This document shows, in pieces, positions 10,701 to 20,227 of a DNA stretch of 64,000 nucleotides. The stretch spans positions 128,001 through 192,000 of IMG/VR virus record IMGVR_UViG_3300018430_000021. One strand, written 5' to 3'. Position numbers and translations under genes: made by a program. The notes beneath the pieces were generated by a model. That model was not told the DNA's origin. It did no database searches and was given only the letters and a program-made list of their open reading frames with translations. Source of the DNA: a virus. Its lineage: Duplodnaviria > Caudoviricetes. The first letter of the stretch is position 1, and the number at the start of each line of letters is the position of its first letter.

Positions 10701-11084
10701 ATGAAAAATTTGACAGAATACGTTAATGACGAAGTTAAGCTTGCCCTTAACGAGAATACGTCCCAGGTTGGACGTACCGACACTTTCTCAGGTACAGATG
10801 TTATGGGTCCGCACCATCACGAATTCTTGATTTGGAATGAATTCGGCTATGGCTGGACATCTGACGCTATATGCGAACCGGCTAACCTTAATGGTCCTAC
10901 TCCGATTACAAAGGTAGGTGGACATACTCACTTGATTCTTAACGGTGTAGTTCAGCCTTGCGGCGACGGACATACACACGTTCTTGAAACTCCGTGGAAA
11001 GTTTGTCCAGATACCCAGATTGGTAGTTGCTTGGGTCCTGGTTGCATGCCTGGAAATTGTATTCCTCCAATGGGTCAAGGTTAA
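10701..11084 (+). CDS. Small His/Cys-rich protein (HxH repeats), probable metal-binding head-associated protein
   Basis: HHHEF, GHTHLI, GDGHTHVL motifs; late promoter 10677-10684 and GAGG SD; N-terminal LTE/LNE. Confidence 0.6.
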   Translation: MKNLTEYVNDEVKLALNENTSQVGRTDTFSGTDVMGPHHHEFLIWNEFGYGWTSDAICEPANLNGPTPITKVGGHTHLILNGVVQPCGDGHTHVLETPWKVCPDTQIGSCLGPGCMPGNCIPPMGQG

Positions 11085-11100
11085 TTTAAGTTTAACCTTT

Positions 11101-11138
11101 AATAAAAAACCTGGTCTTTTGACCAGGTTTTATTTTTA
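11101..11138. terminator. Bidirectional intrinsic terminator
   Basis: aaaaaacctggtc-tttt-gaccaggttttattttt. Confidence 0.85.
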
Positions 11139-14075
11139 TGTATTTGCGTTATCGATTGAAGCACCGTTTTGTAGTATGACTTTTTGCGCCCATACGTGAC
11201 CAACCCAAGTTGCTGCGTTCTTGAATTCGATTGTTCCATACGGTGCGATAATTGTACCAGCATTGGAAGTACCTTGAACACCGATAGAAGCAGTAGCATT
11301 GCCACCATAGTAAAGACGGAAGTCGAACGGACCATCACTTCTTTCAACGAGGGTAATATTATTATTCAATACGATATTATTTGCATAAATCATAACTGAA
11401 CGGTCTGTACCATCTTCAGAAGAACCATTTTCAATTCTGAATGTTGTAGCAACTTCAGTATAGATTGTATCGAAATAATATTTACCAGGATAGAATGTAA
11501 CAACTTTGGAATTATCTCGGTTATCAACATCCAAACGGTTGTAATGACCAATGGTATATGTACCAGGTGCACCGAATATGTCATTATTGGAATAATCACC
11601 AGTGCCAGTCTCTACTGCTTCTGCAGAAATTCCAGGCATATCTGGATAAACTGGATTTTCCCAGGTTTCGATATGGTTAATACGACCACCGTTCTGATAA
11701 TTATATGAACAGTTCGGACCGCCATAAACAGTATCAATGGTAGTTCCATTTAAAGAAACAGAATTACCAATATATATAGGCTTGTCGAATGTCGAAGGGT
11801 TATTACAAGTTATAGCCTGTGCCGAAAGTGTTCCATAGAAATGGTTTGTACTATTTGTTGTAACAGTACAACCTGCAGCGACAGCAATATTCGAATAAAT
11901 GGTTGCACCATTTTCAACGATTAAGTTTCTACAAGCAAGGTCTTTACTTCCGATGCTACCGCCGTTAATAGTTAAATCAGAAAGACTGTAAAGACTGAAG
12001 TTAGCCAAGTAGTTATATGGATAAATATCTGGTTTAACAATCTTATATTTCCACCAATCAGATGTAGCTGTAGCAGAAGTTTCGTCAATTATATCCCTAA
12101 CTGGTTTATTAGGAATATCTGCTTCCATCCAAGCACTTACACTGAAATTTGTTGCGCTGTGTTCACGTGTAAGCGAAATATTGTAAGCTGTAAAGTATAC
12201 ATCGCCATTTGATGCATAATTGCTAAAATCCGGATTGGAAACAGAACCATCTGGATTATTAAATAAGTATTTAAAATTATTAGAATCTCTATATTCGACA
12301 TTCGGATTATTAACTATTATTCGTGCAGAACCAGCATGCGGCAATTCTTCTTTATCGTTAGAAATCCAATGTGCACCATCTTCAATTTCTTCTGGATAAT
12401 AATTATCAATATCTATTAAAAATCTCTGGAAGTATGGAATAGGTTCATCTTGATGATAGAAACGATAAGAACGAGAAGCCGCACTTGTTGCTTCTTTTAC
12501 CTTTGCAGCTACGTAATCATCTGTGTCATATACGTTCCAAGCATATAATGTTAATTCTGGAGATTGTTCTGTAGTAATATCAATATTAGTATAATCAACA
12601 TATAACGTTGTATCGTTGTAACTAAAGAACGGACCAGAAATACTAGCAACAGAATCTTTACCGATTAATTCAACATAGATACCTTTTGCACCTGCAACAT
12701 TATCGGCATAAATTGTATAGAATATGTCATTATTTGTATTTGCGATAATATAATGCAATTCACCTTTTTGGTCATTAGTGATTTTACCGTCTTCTGGAAC
12801 CATAACGGCACCAGTAATTTGTAATCTATTTAATGGAGTCTTTTTATAAGTCCAGTCTGCTTCGTCAAAACCTTCAGTCTGTGTTTTTACGGCTTCATCA
12901 GACCAATATTCATGTTCGAAATTAAGATATGCTCTTACAAGAATATGAGTAGTGATTGGTTCATCTAATTCTTTTACATTTTCAAAAGCGATTGGAAGCG
13001 TAAAGGTTAAATGACCGTCAGCGTCAAACTCTAAATCATATCTTGTTGTAGTATTACCGTCTTGTGTTATTTCAACTACAACTGGTTTTGTATAATATGA
13101 AATATTCGGATTAGTAATTGTTACCAGAGCATTAGCCGTTGGACTTGTACGATTTAAGGTACCGCCTGTAACAGAAACAAGTAATGGACTTAGCATTTCC
13201 GGAGCAGGAACACCGTTTACGTTAATATCAAAAACTAGTTTATTCTTATGTAATTTATCGTCATCTGCAGAAATGTATTGTTTAAATTCCTGATAAACCA
13301 GACTTGCCGCATAACCGTCTTCAAAAGGAATAGTTACAGATGCAGTAGTTTCCGCAGATGTATATGTAATATCATAGGATTCATTGGTAGTTTCATCGTA
13401 AAGATATGACGCTACGGAAGCGATTTCAACGGGGTCTATTTTACTGTCAACTACATCGATAAATGCGGATAATGAACTATAATAACATGGAACGTTTGTA
13501 TCTGGATTATATGTATTTACATAAATTCCATCTAGGTCACCGGCAAGATAATCTGTAGTTACACGATTGGTTTCCGGAGATTCAATAGGTACATCATAAT
13601 CAAATCCTTGACGTTCATTTGGTTCTGGTAAAACTGGATCTTCAGCAGCAGGGTCAACCTGTACTAATTTTGGACCACGTAATATTTTTGGAAGAAGTAT
13701 AGAATTAAATACTGCTTCTTTGTTATCATCGAAATGAATAGTAATTTTTGAACTATTAAAACCAACTTCAGTGTTATCCTTTTTACAGGACATTAACTGC
13801 TTAAAATAGAAAGTATATGCACCGTCTACATACATGAGAAGACCGTTGTGGTCATAAAAACTCAACTTTTCACGTTTACTGAAATCTGGGTCATTATTCG
13901 TAATACCATACATAGGAAACTTATCAAAAGATATAGTATTAGAAGTATTGGTATATAAATCATCAATAGTGACACTAAAATCTTCACTATTTAAATACGG
14001 TCTAATATCTTCTGTAAATGTAAGTTTAGCCTCATATGCACTAATTTCTATATTTTCTGATATTGTGTAATCCAT
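11136..14075 (-). CDS. Virion-associated adhesin-like protein: Ig-like repeats plus C-terminal beta-helix
   Basis: Three repeats with (I/V)xNxN...AW/AY; C-terminal PGKYYF...GTIIAPYGTIEF...GHVWAQKVIL beta-helix signature; CATAAATA 4 nt before the ATG. Confidence 0.55.
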   Translation of the reverse strand: MDYTISENIEISAYEAKLTFTEDIRPYLNSEDFSVTIDDLYTNTSNTISFDKFPMYGITNNDPDFSKREKLSFYDHNGLLMYVDGAYTFYFKQLMSCKKDNTEVGFNSSKITIHFDDNKEAVFNSILLPKILRGPKLVQVDPAAEDPVLPEPNERQGFDYDVPIESPETNRVTTDYLAGDLDGIYVNTYNPDTNVPCYYSSLSAFIDVVDSKIDPVEIASVASYLYDETTNESYDITYTSAETTASVTIPFEDGYAASLVYQEFKQYISADDDKLHKNKLVFDINVNGVPAPEMLSPLLVSVTGGTLNRTSPTANALVTITNPNISYYTKPVVVEITQDGNTTTRYDLEFDADGHLTFTLPIAFENVKELDEPITTHILVRAYLNFEHEYWSDEAVKTQTEGFDEADWTYKKTPLNRLQITGAVMVPEDGKITNDQKGELHYIIANTNNDIFYTIYADNVAGAKGIYVELIGKDSVASISGPFFSYNDTTLYVDYTNIDITTEQSPELTLYAWNVYDTDDYVAAKVKEATSAASRSYRFYHQDEPIPYFQRFLIDIDNYYPEEIEDGAHWISNDKEELPHAGSARIIVNNPNVEYRDSNNFKYLFNNPDGSVSNPDFSNYASNGDVYFTAYNISLTREHSATNFSVSAWMEADIPNKPVRDIIDETSATATSDWWKYKIVKPDIYPYNYLANFSLYSLSDLTINGGSIGSKDLACRNLIVENGATIYSNIAVAAGCTVTTNSTNHFYGTLSAQAITCNNPSTFDKPIYIGNSVSLNGTTIDTVYGGPNCSYNYQNGGRINHIETWENPVYPDMPGISAEAVETGTGDYSNNDIFGAPGTYTIGHYNRLDVDNRDNSKVVTFYPGKYYFDTIYTEVATTFRIENGSSEDGTDRSVMIYANNIVLNNNITLVERSDGPFDFRLYYGGNATASIGVQGTSNAGTIIAPYGTIEFKNAATWVGHVWAQKVILQNGASIDNANT

Positions 14076-14094
14076 ACTATATTTATGAGATAAG

Positions 14095-14124
14095 AAAAAT
14101 CACTCACCGGAAGTGAGTGATTTT
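14095..14124 (-). terminator. Intrinsic terminator after the sheath gene, followed closely by a late promoter (14080-14087)
   Basis: Minus strand: aaaatcactcac-ttccg-gtgagtgattttt. Confidence 0.85.
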
Positions 14125-14147
14125 AAATAATCAGAATCAGTTAAGAA

Positions 14148-17100
14148 TTAACCTTCTTCAACACTAACGCCGCGGCTACGGTTGATGATAATCTTAACAT
14201 CGATGAATTCGATTGCACTGATAGGTACGAGTCGAATATTTACGTTCATGATTGTCGGATCTTCCGGATCCTGTGTGACGCTCAATGCGTAAGATTCGAT
14301 ACCTTCAGCTGCCTTAACACGCTGTAAGAACGAGTCAATATCGTTACGTGCGGACGAACGAGTATTAACGGAGTTCTGCATGAAGAGGTACGGAGTCATC
14401 ATGTTTTCGAGCTGCTTTTCAACGTAGTTCAAGCAACGACGGACGTTGATACGGTTGAGGAGGCTGTTCTTCTTGAGAGCAGTTTTCTGACCCCAAAGAA
14501 CGACACCATAACCACCACAATCACGGGTTGTATTGACGTTGTTATCGTAGAGCTGACCGATTTCGTTATCGGTGAGACGGAGCAACTGACCGGTTGTGTA
14601 CGGGATTGTACCACGAGCAACACCAGCAGGAGCCATCCAAGGATATTCGAAAGTATCGCAGTGAGCCATTGCGCAAGCACCAGCGACAGACTTCGGTAAG
14701 TAAATCCAAGCAGCGAGAGCAGCATTATAATACTTATCGTAACCACCGTATTCAGCGATATACGAACCGTTTGCAAAGCTGAACATCTTAGCTTCGGAAA
14801 TCATAGCCTTACAAGTCTTTGCAGCCTTGGAAGTAACCTGAACGACACCCATATCCATTGTGCGGTTTGCAGCAATTTCAGCAATCTTGCGCTGGTGAGC
14901 GCTGAAGCGCTGACGACCATTGAATGTATCAATAGCATCAACGTTAAATAAGATGTCAAAATCTGCCTTCTGACGGTCACGATAGAAGTTAAGGGCAGCA
15001 GTCTTTTCAGAGATGTTATTCTTCTGAGAGTTGCGACCACCGTTGAGAGCGTAAACAGAGTAAGTCTGTTTTGGCTGACGGTAATTACCCTTACAGTCAA
15101 TAGCTGTGCCAGCAGAGTTACGAGAAACATAGATGTAATCGGAGTGACCGTTAATTACAGTCGGAGCATAGAGCGGATTACCGTCAGCATCCTTAGCAAG
15201 CGGGTCAGTCGAAACATACCATGATTCAGCAGGATCCTTCAAGAGAGCATCCATACCGGTACCCCAAGCACCAGCAGCGGTCTGAGTCTTGTTCTTGACA
15301 TAAACGTTAATACGGAAAACCTTCTTCCAAGTCAAATCCTGTGGGTTCTGGTCAATATCAGAAGTGTCCTTGTCAACCAAGTCTTCATCATCGTAAGCAT
15401 ACTTCCAGTTGAAAGCATTTTGATGCTGGAGAGCCTTGATATTGGCACATTCAGTAGTGATGATAGAAACACCGACGTCATTACCATACTTACCAGGACC
15501 GATGGAAGCGATAACGAGCTGGTCTGGGAGGCTGACATACTTTTCAATATCGCCGTTACCAGGTTCGTCTTCAGATTGGGTCAAGATGGTATAACCTTCG
15601 GCATAAGTCTTATCAACTGAGTTAACGAGATAAGAAGTCGGAGTTGCAACAATGTTGTCAACAGTCTTACGTTCGCCATTGGTGTAGTAAGTATATTCCG
15701 GAGTAATCGGGTTGATTGCCGGTTGAACAGGGTCAGCAGCAAATACCGGAACCTTCTTAAACTTACCTGCAACATCGTCAGCTATGAGGTAGAACAAAGT
15801 CTTATTCAACTTATTCTGAATCTGTGCAGGAGTGTCCTTAACAATACGTTCGACAATATCGAGATTGTTGAGAACACTTACGTAACGCAAGTATGTATAA
15901 TTGCTGATTTCAGAAACGTCGTTGACACCGTTATCATCCATCACACGAAGAATAATCTGACGTGGGGTAGTAGTAGAGTTGGTAATCGGGTCATAAGTTT
16001 CTGTTTCGTTATCCTTATACATGTCGGAAACATTGCATGCGGAGAAGATGTTTTCGGTCTTATGAGCAGCATCAGTAATTTCAGAAACCATGTAGTTGCT
16101 AACAATATCATGAGTTTCATCAACATAACCATATTCGGTATAAGAAATACCAGAAACGGTGCCCTTCTCATAATCATTTACACCATCATCAATAGTATCA
16201 GCATCAACATAGTATGCCTTCGGAGTATCTGGGTCTTCCCAGTCAATGATAGACATCTTATATGCGTCAGCAGCACGATAACCGCTGGTTGCAGCTGGAG
16301 TCCATGCATTGCCATCGATAAAATGATTCGGGTCATAGAAGTTTGCGGAGGTGAAAATATCCTTATAAGCAACACCGGACTGTGCCCATGTGCTAACTTC
16401 ACTATTCTTGCCCCAGAACTGAATAGTTGTCGGAGCCTTATTCAAGGTATCGTCAGCAGGAACGGTGATAGCAACTTCACGTTCGCCATTGCCACCCTGA
16501 GTAGAAGTTAAGAAAGTAATCATTCCAGAAGCAACAGAACCTGTTGCCCAAGCTGCGCTTGTGAAAATAAGTTCGTCATCAGAAGAAATGTTACCATCAA
16601 AACGTTTTGGATAATTAACGTGAACACCCTTCAAAACATTCGGGTTATCTTTTGGCTTCTGTGCAAGCTGCTTATAAACAACAATATCGGTATTCTTGGA
16701 AAGAATATCGGTAAAGATGTCATAGCGACCTTCTTGGAAAAGATAGAAATTATCTTCAGCCTTTTTGACAGTTGGATCTGGCAACTGCCATTCACCACCG
16801 TTTTCGTCGCCGGTAAGCGGGTCAAGATTAGTATCTACTGAACTAAGCTTCGGAATAAGATTTAACTGATAGTCGCCCTGAGAGTCGACATATTTAAAAA
16901 CACCAGTATTGTCATCGGTATTCTTGATTGTTGCATCCGGATAAGCAAACTGGAGTTGTGCGTACTGTTCATCACCCATGGTTGCACGAACGGCATAAAG
17001 CTGGGTGGAATTTGCGAAATAGTTTTCGGCAGCGAAGTGACCGTAGTCGGTCAATGATTCCGGTTCGCCGAAGACTTCTACGAATTCATTATAGTTACGG

Positions 17101-17237
17101 GTAACGATACGCTGGTTAACTGGACCCTTATTGGACTTCATAACGATAGCGCCAATGCCTAAACCTGGTTCGGTTTCGGTACGGATCGTATTGTCGATTT
17201 CCGTAAATTTAATTCCGGGCACTGTATATTTTGCCAT
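14148..17237 (-). CDS. gp18: Tail sheath protein (T4 gp18-like) with a large internal insertion
   Basis: PGIKFTEID...KGPVNQRI...VFGEP N-terminus; PWMAPAGVARG, VLWGQKTAL, RINVRRCL and PISAIEFI C-terminal sheath motifs. Confidence 0.95.
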   Translation of the reverse strand: MAKYTVPGIKFTEIDNTIRTETEPGLGIGAIVMKSNKGPVNQRIVTRNYNEFVEVFGEPESLTDYGHFAAENYFANSTQLYAVRATMGDEQYAQLQFAYPDATIKNTDDNTGVFKYVDSQGDYQLNLIPKLSSVDTNLDPLTGDENGGEWQLPDPTVKKAEDNFYLFQEGRYDIFTDILSKNTDIVVYKQLAQKPKDNPNVLKGVHVNYPKRFDGNISSDDELIFTSAAWATGSVASGMITFLTSTQGGNGEREVAITVPADDTLNKAPTTIQFWGKNSEVSTWAQSGVAYKDIFTSANFYDPNHFIDGNAWTPAATSGYRAADAYKMSIIDWEDPDTPKAYYVDADTIDDGVNDYEKGTVSGISYTEYGYVDETHDIVSNYMVSEITDAAHKTENIFSACNVSDMYKDNETETYDPITNSTTTPRQIILRVMDDNGVNDVSEISNYTYLRYVSVLNNLDIVERIVKDTPAQIQNKLNKTLFYLIADDVAGKFKKVPVFAADPVQPAINPITPEYTYYTNGERKTVDNIVATPTSYLVNSVDKTYAEGYTILTQSEDEPGNGDIEKYVSLPDQLVIASIGPGKYGNDVGVSIITTECANIKALQHQNAFNWKYAYDDEDLVDKDTSDIDQNPQDLTWKKVFRINVYVKNKTQTAAGAWGTGMDALLKDPAESWYVSTDPLAKDADGNPLYAPTVINGHSDYIYVSRNSAGTAIDCKGNYRQPKQTYSVYALNGGRNSQKNNISEKTAALNFYRDRQKADFDILFNVDAIDTFNGRQRFSAHQRKIAEIAANRTMDMGVVQVTSKAAKTCKAMISEAKMFSFANGSYIAEYGGYDKYYNAALAAWIYLPKSVAGACAMAHCDTFEYPWMAPAGVARGTIPYTTGQLLRLTDNEIGQLYDNNVNTTRDCGGYGVVLWGQKTALKKNSLLNRINVRRCLNYVEKQLENMMTPYLFMQNSVNTRSSARNDIDSFLQRVKAAEGIESYALSVTQDPEDPTIMNVNIRLVPISAIEFIDVKIIINRSRGVSVEEG

Positions 17238-17308
17238 AGAATCTCCTAAAAATTAAAAATTAACAAAAATATAGAAATTTCACTCACTCACTTATGTAAA
17301 CTATATAT

Positions 17309-17398
17309 TATTTATATCAGGAATTTCAGAAGAACTGCCCGAAAATGAAATTTTCTTGATTTTTGACTCAATATCGATATTATATAATTCTATAAATA
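17309..17398. promoter_or_regulatory. Divergent late promoters for sheath (17309-17316 minus) and tube (17391-17398 plus)
   Basis: Exact TATAAATA on each strand. Confidence 0.8.
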
Positions 17399-17429
17399 AT
17401 ACAAAGCTTAAATAATTAAGGAGATTTTT

Positions 17430-18017
17430 ATGGCAGAACAAAATAATATGTCGGTTTTTACGACAAGCATTGTAAATAAGCCAGACCTCGTTAAGCAATA
17501 TCTATTTCAGGTTAACTTTTTGTACGAGAAGGGTTCCGCACTTTCAGATATTCTTGACACCGAAGAGTTGATGCTCTGCGCTAAGACTATGACGATTCCT
17601 CAGAAGGAATTCAATACTATCGAAACTCATTACATGGGTTCTAAGCTTGTATATCCGGGTAAGGCCACGGTCGCAGGTGAATTCACCGTTCAGTTCGATG
17701 AATTCCAGGATTTGTCCGTTTCTATCGCCTTGCACCGTTGGGCTAACTTGCTTTTCAGCCAGGGTTTTGAAAATGATATTGATGTGGCCGGTCGTGTAAC
17801 TGGTGGTGCTTCGTCTAACTACGCTAAGGACTATACCGCTACGGTTGAAATTCTTCTTTATGATTCCACATTGAAGAAGCTCCTCCCTATCAAGTGGGTT
17901 CTCTATCGTGTATTCCCGAAGACTATCGCTACTTCTGACCTCGGTGCTGAACAGGAAGGCAAGGTTACTCGTAACTGTACATTCAGCTATTCGAACTTCG
18001 AAATGGTTACAACCTAA
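17430..18017 (+). CDS. gp19: Tail tube protein (T4 gp19-like)
   Basis: CAKTMTIPQKEFNTIETHYMGSKLVYPGK, W...YRVFPKTI and TFSYSNFE tube motifs; AGGAG SD. Confidence 0.85.
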   Translation: MAEQNNMSVFTTSIVNKPDLVKQYLFQVNFLYEKGSALSDILDTEELMLCAKTMTIPQKEFNTIETHYMGSKLVYPGKATVAGEFTVQFDEFQDLSVSIALHRWANLLFSQGFENDIDVAGRVTGGASSNYAKDYTATVEILLYDSTLKKLLPIKWVLYRVFPKTIATSDLGAEQEGKVTRNCTFSYSNFEMVTT

Positions 18018-18038
18018 TAGTTCTGGACATTTATATTC

Positions 18039-18071
18039 AAGACCGGGTAAAACCGGTCTTTTTTATAAATA
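18039..18071 (+). terminator. Intrinsic terminator whose T-tract runs into the next late promoter (18064-18071)
   Basis: aagaccgg-gtaaaa-ccggtctttttTATAAATA. Confidence 0.85.
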
Positions 18072-18091
18072 GAATAATAGAAGAGGATAAA

Positions 18092-19054
18092 ATGTATAAA
18101 ACTCCAACATTTTTTAAGACAAAATTTGAAAAGTACGCCACAAAGGTCTTGAAAAAGCTCAAGTCTCTTGGTGTCGATACTGAAAGATATATCGGTAAAA
18201 TTCTGGATATTATTACTGACTATTATGACGAAGTAGATACAGACTATGCCGCTCAGTGTATTAAATTCGAACTTACTCGTGACTTCGGCCGAGAAAAGAT
18301 TGGCCTTCATGGCATTCGCGAATCTGTAGGTTCTGATATTGATACATTCATCGACAATACCCTTGACGCCCTCAATTTGCAGGCTGATAAGGAAATCTAC
18401 GATTATTATAATAGTAACCGTGATGAAATCGCCCCGTTCTATAACGGTGGAAAGACTGACCCGATTGATGCTGCTGATGAGCTGATTAAGTTCTATAATG
18501 AAGATAAGAATGGCAATAACGGCACAGACGAGACAAGTTTGGCAAAATTACAGAAGTTGTTCCGTTCTGGTAATATTATGAAGAACCCGAATTCTGCCGA
18601 TGGCCAATGGGCTACTCCAGATTATCCTATTTCTTATGCGATTTCTGAAAATGATGTTGAAACACTTAAGGATTATAGAGAAAACGGTATTCCGTCCAGT
18701 CTTATAACAGGAGACGACGAAGATACTGAAAGAATCCCGTTTAACCAGCAGATTAATACTGAATTCGTTCAGGATTATGCTCTTCTGACTAAGAATGTGG
18801 CTCTTGAAGGTAAGTCAATCGATGATGCTTTGGACTTTATGGACCAATTTGTTGACAATTTTGTCATTTCACCGTATGACTTATATAATATATTCGCAAA
18901 TAAGACGGGTGATGACCAGGTTCTTTATAATATGATTATCAATTATAACGATAATACGACTAGTGAAGAGGCTGATTATTTTGGTGTTCCGCTCGAAGAT
19001 TTGGTCGAATTTGCCCAAACCGAGCTTTTAGGACCCTCGACAGACATTGATTAA
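18092..19054 (+). CDS. Hypothetical acidic late protein, possible internal head protein
   Basis: 320-aa ORF with late promoter and GAGGA SD; shares a helical module with ORF 27961..28749. Confidence 0.6.
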   Translation: MYKTPTFFKTKFEKYATKVLKKLKSLGVDTERYIGKILDIITDYYDEVDTDYAAQCIKFELTRDFGREKIGLHGIRESVGSDIDTFIDNTLDALNLQADKEIYDYYNSNRDEIAPFYNGGKTDPIDAADELIKFYNEDKNGNNGTDETSLAKLQKLFRSGNIMKNPNSADGQWATPDYPISYAISENDVETLKDYRENGIPSSLITGDDEDTERIPFNQQINTEFVQDYALLTKNVALEGKSIDDALDFMDQFVDNFVISPYDLYNIFANKTGDDQVLYNMIINYNDNTTSEEADYFGVPLEDLVEFAQTELLGPSTDID

Positions 19055-19085
19055 CCCTAAATATTCAAAAATATTAAGATTAATA

Positions 19086-19118
19086 AGGACCATTAATCAT
19101 ATGGTCCTTTTGTCTTTT
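19086..19118 (+). terminator. Intrinsic terminator
   Basis: aaggaccat-taatcat-atggtccttttgtctttt. Confidence 0.75.
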
Positions 19119-19202
19119 TGCGAATTTTCCAATTTTTCAAGTATAAATAAAATATAAAAACGGTAAAAGTTTTTAAAAATCTAAACTATATTGGAGGATT
19201 CA

Positions 19203-20162
19203 ATGGAAAAATTTCTAACTAAGCTTTCCGGCGTTTGCTCAGCCGAGGACCTTAATGAAATCAAGCAGATTTTCGAGGCCGCGGTTGCTGAAAAGGTGGA
19301 AGCAGAAAAGGAAAAGATTGCCCAGGATCTCGCTAAGAAAGCCGATGAATTTTCACAGACAAAAATCAAAGAAGCCAAGGAACAGAATGCCGCTAAGGTA
19401 GAAGAAATGGCTAATGCTTGGTGTGCGGAACAGAAAGCACTTCTCGAAAAGGAAGCAAACGAAAAGGTTGAATCCTATAAGAAGAAGCTTGAAGACGCCT
19501 CCGAACAATATATCTTTGAATATTTTGAAAAGAAGTTCAAGGAAAAATACGGCGAAGAACTTGAAGCTCTCGAAGAAAAGGTTATTACTGGCCTTGACAA
19601 GTACCTCGAATATAATATCAATGAAAAGATTGACCCAAGCCTCATCAAGAAGCAGGCAATGACCGAAACCTACGCTCCTATCATTGATGGCATCAAGCGC
19701 CTCTTTGAAGAAGAGTATGTTCCGATGGATCTCTCTGGTTCCAAGAAGATTCGCGACATGAAGGCTGCAAATGCTGAACTCGAAGAATCCTTGAAGAAGC
19801 AGGTTTCCGAAAATATGCGTCTTGCTGAATTGGTTGAAATTTCCGGTAAGAAGTCTCTTATCGCTGAAAAGACTGCCAGCTTGAGCGTCGCAGAACGTGC
19901 AAAGGTTAAGAAGTTCTTCAAGGACAAGAGCCTCAATGAAACCAAGCGCGACATTGATCCTTATATCGAGATGGTTCAAGAACAGACAGAAAATTATGAA
20001 ACGGTCCGCCGTGAACGTGCTAAGCTCTTTGAGCAGCGTGAACGTCCGGTTCGCAAGTCTCGCTTTGTCGAAGACACTACTGCTGAAACATTGACTGAAC
20101 GTTTTAGAAAACAGGAACCTGAAGTTGATTCCACGACTGTCAGGGCTTCTCAGTTTTGCTAA
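19203..20162 (+). CDS. gp22: Prohead core scaffold protein (T4 gp22-like)
   Basis: IFEAAV, LDKYLEY and IIDGIKRLFEEEYV motifs; E/K-rich coiled coil directly upstream of the capsid gene; ATG 19203 after GGAGG SD; promoter 19142-19149. Confidence 0.85.
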   Translation: MEKFLTKLSGVCSAEDLNEIKQIFEAAVAEKVEAEKEKIAQDLAKKADEFSQTKIKEAKEQNAAKVEEMANAWCAEQKALLEKEANEKVESYKKKLEDASEQYIFEYFEKKFKEKYGEELEALEEKVITGLDKYLEYNINEKIDPSLIKKQAMTETYAPIIDGIKRLFEEEYVPMDLSGSKKIRDMKAANAELEESLKKQVSENMRLAELVEISGKKSLIAEKTASLSVAERAKVKKFFKDKSLNETKRDIDPYIEMVQEQTENYETVRRERAKLFEQRERPVRKSRFVEDTTAETLTERFRKQEPEVDSTTVRASQFC

Positions 20163-20227
20163 TTACGAGAATTCCAAAAAAATTCATATAAATAAAGTAT
20201 AAACGATTTTTATAGGAGAAACAATAA

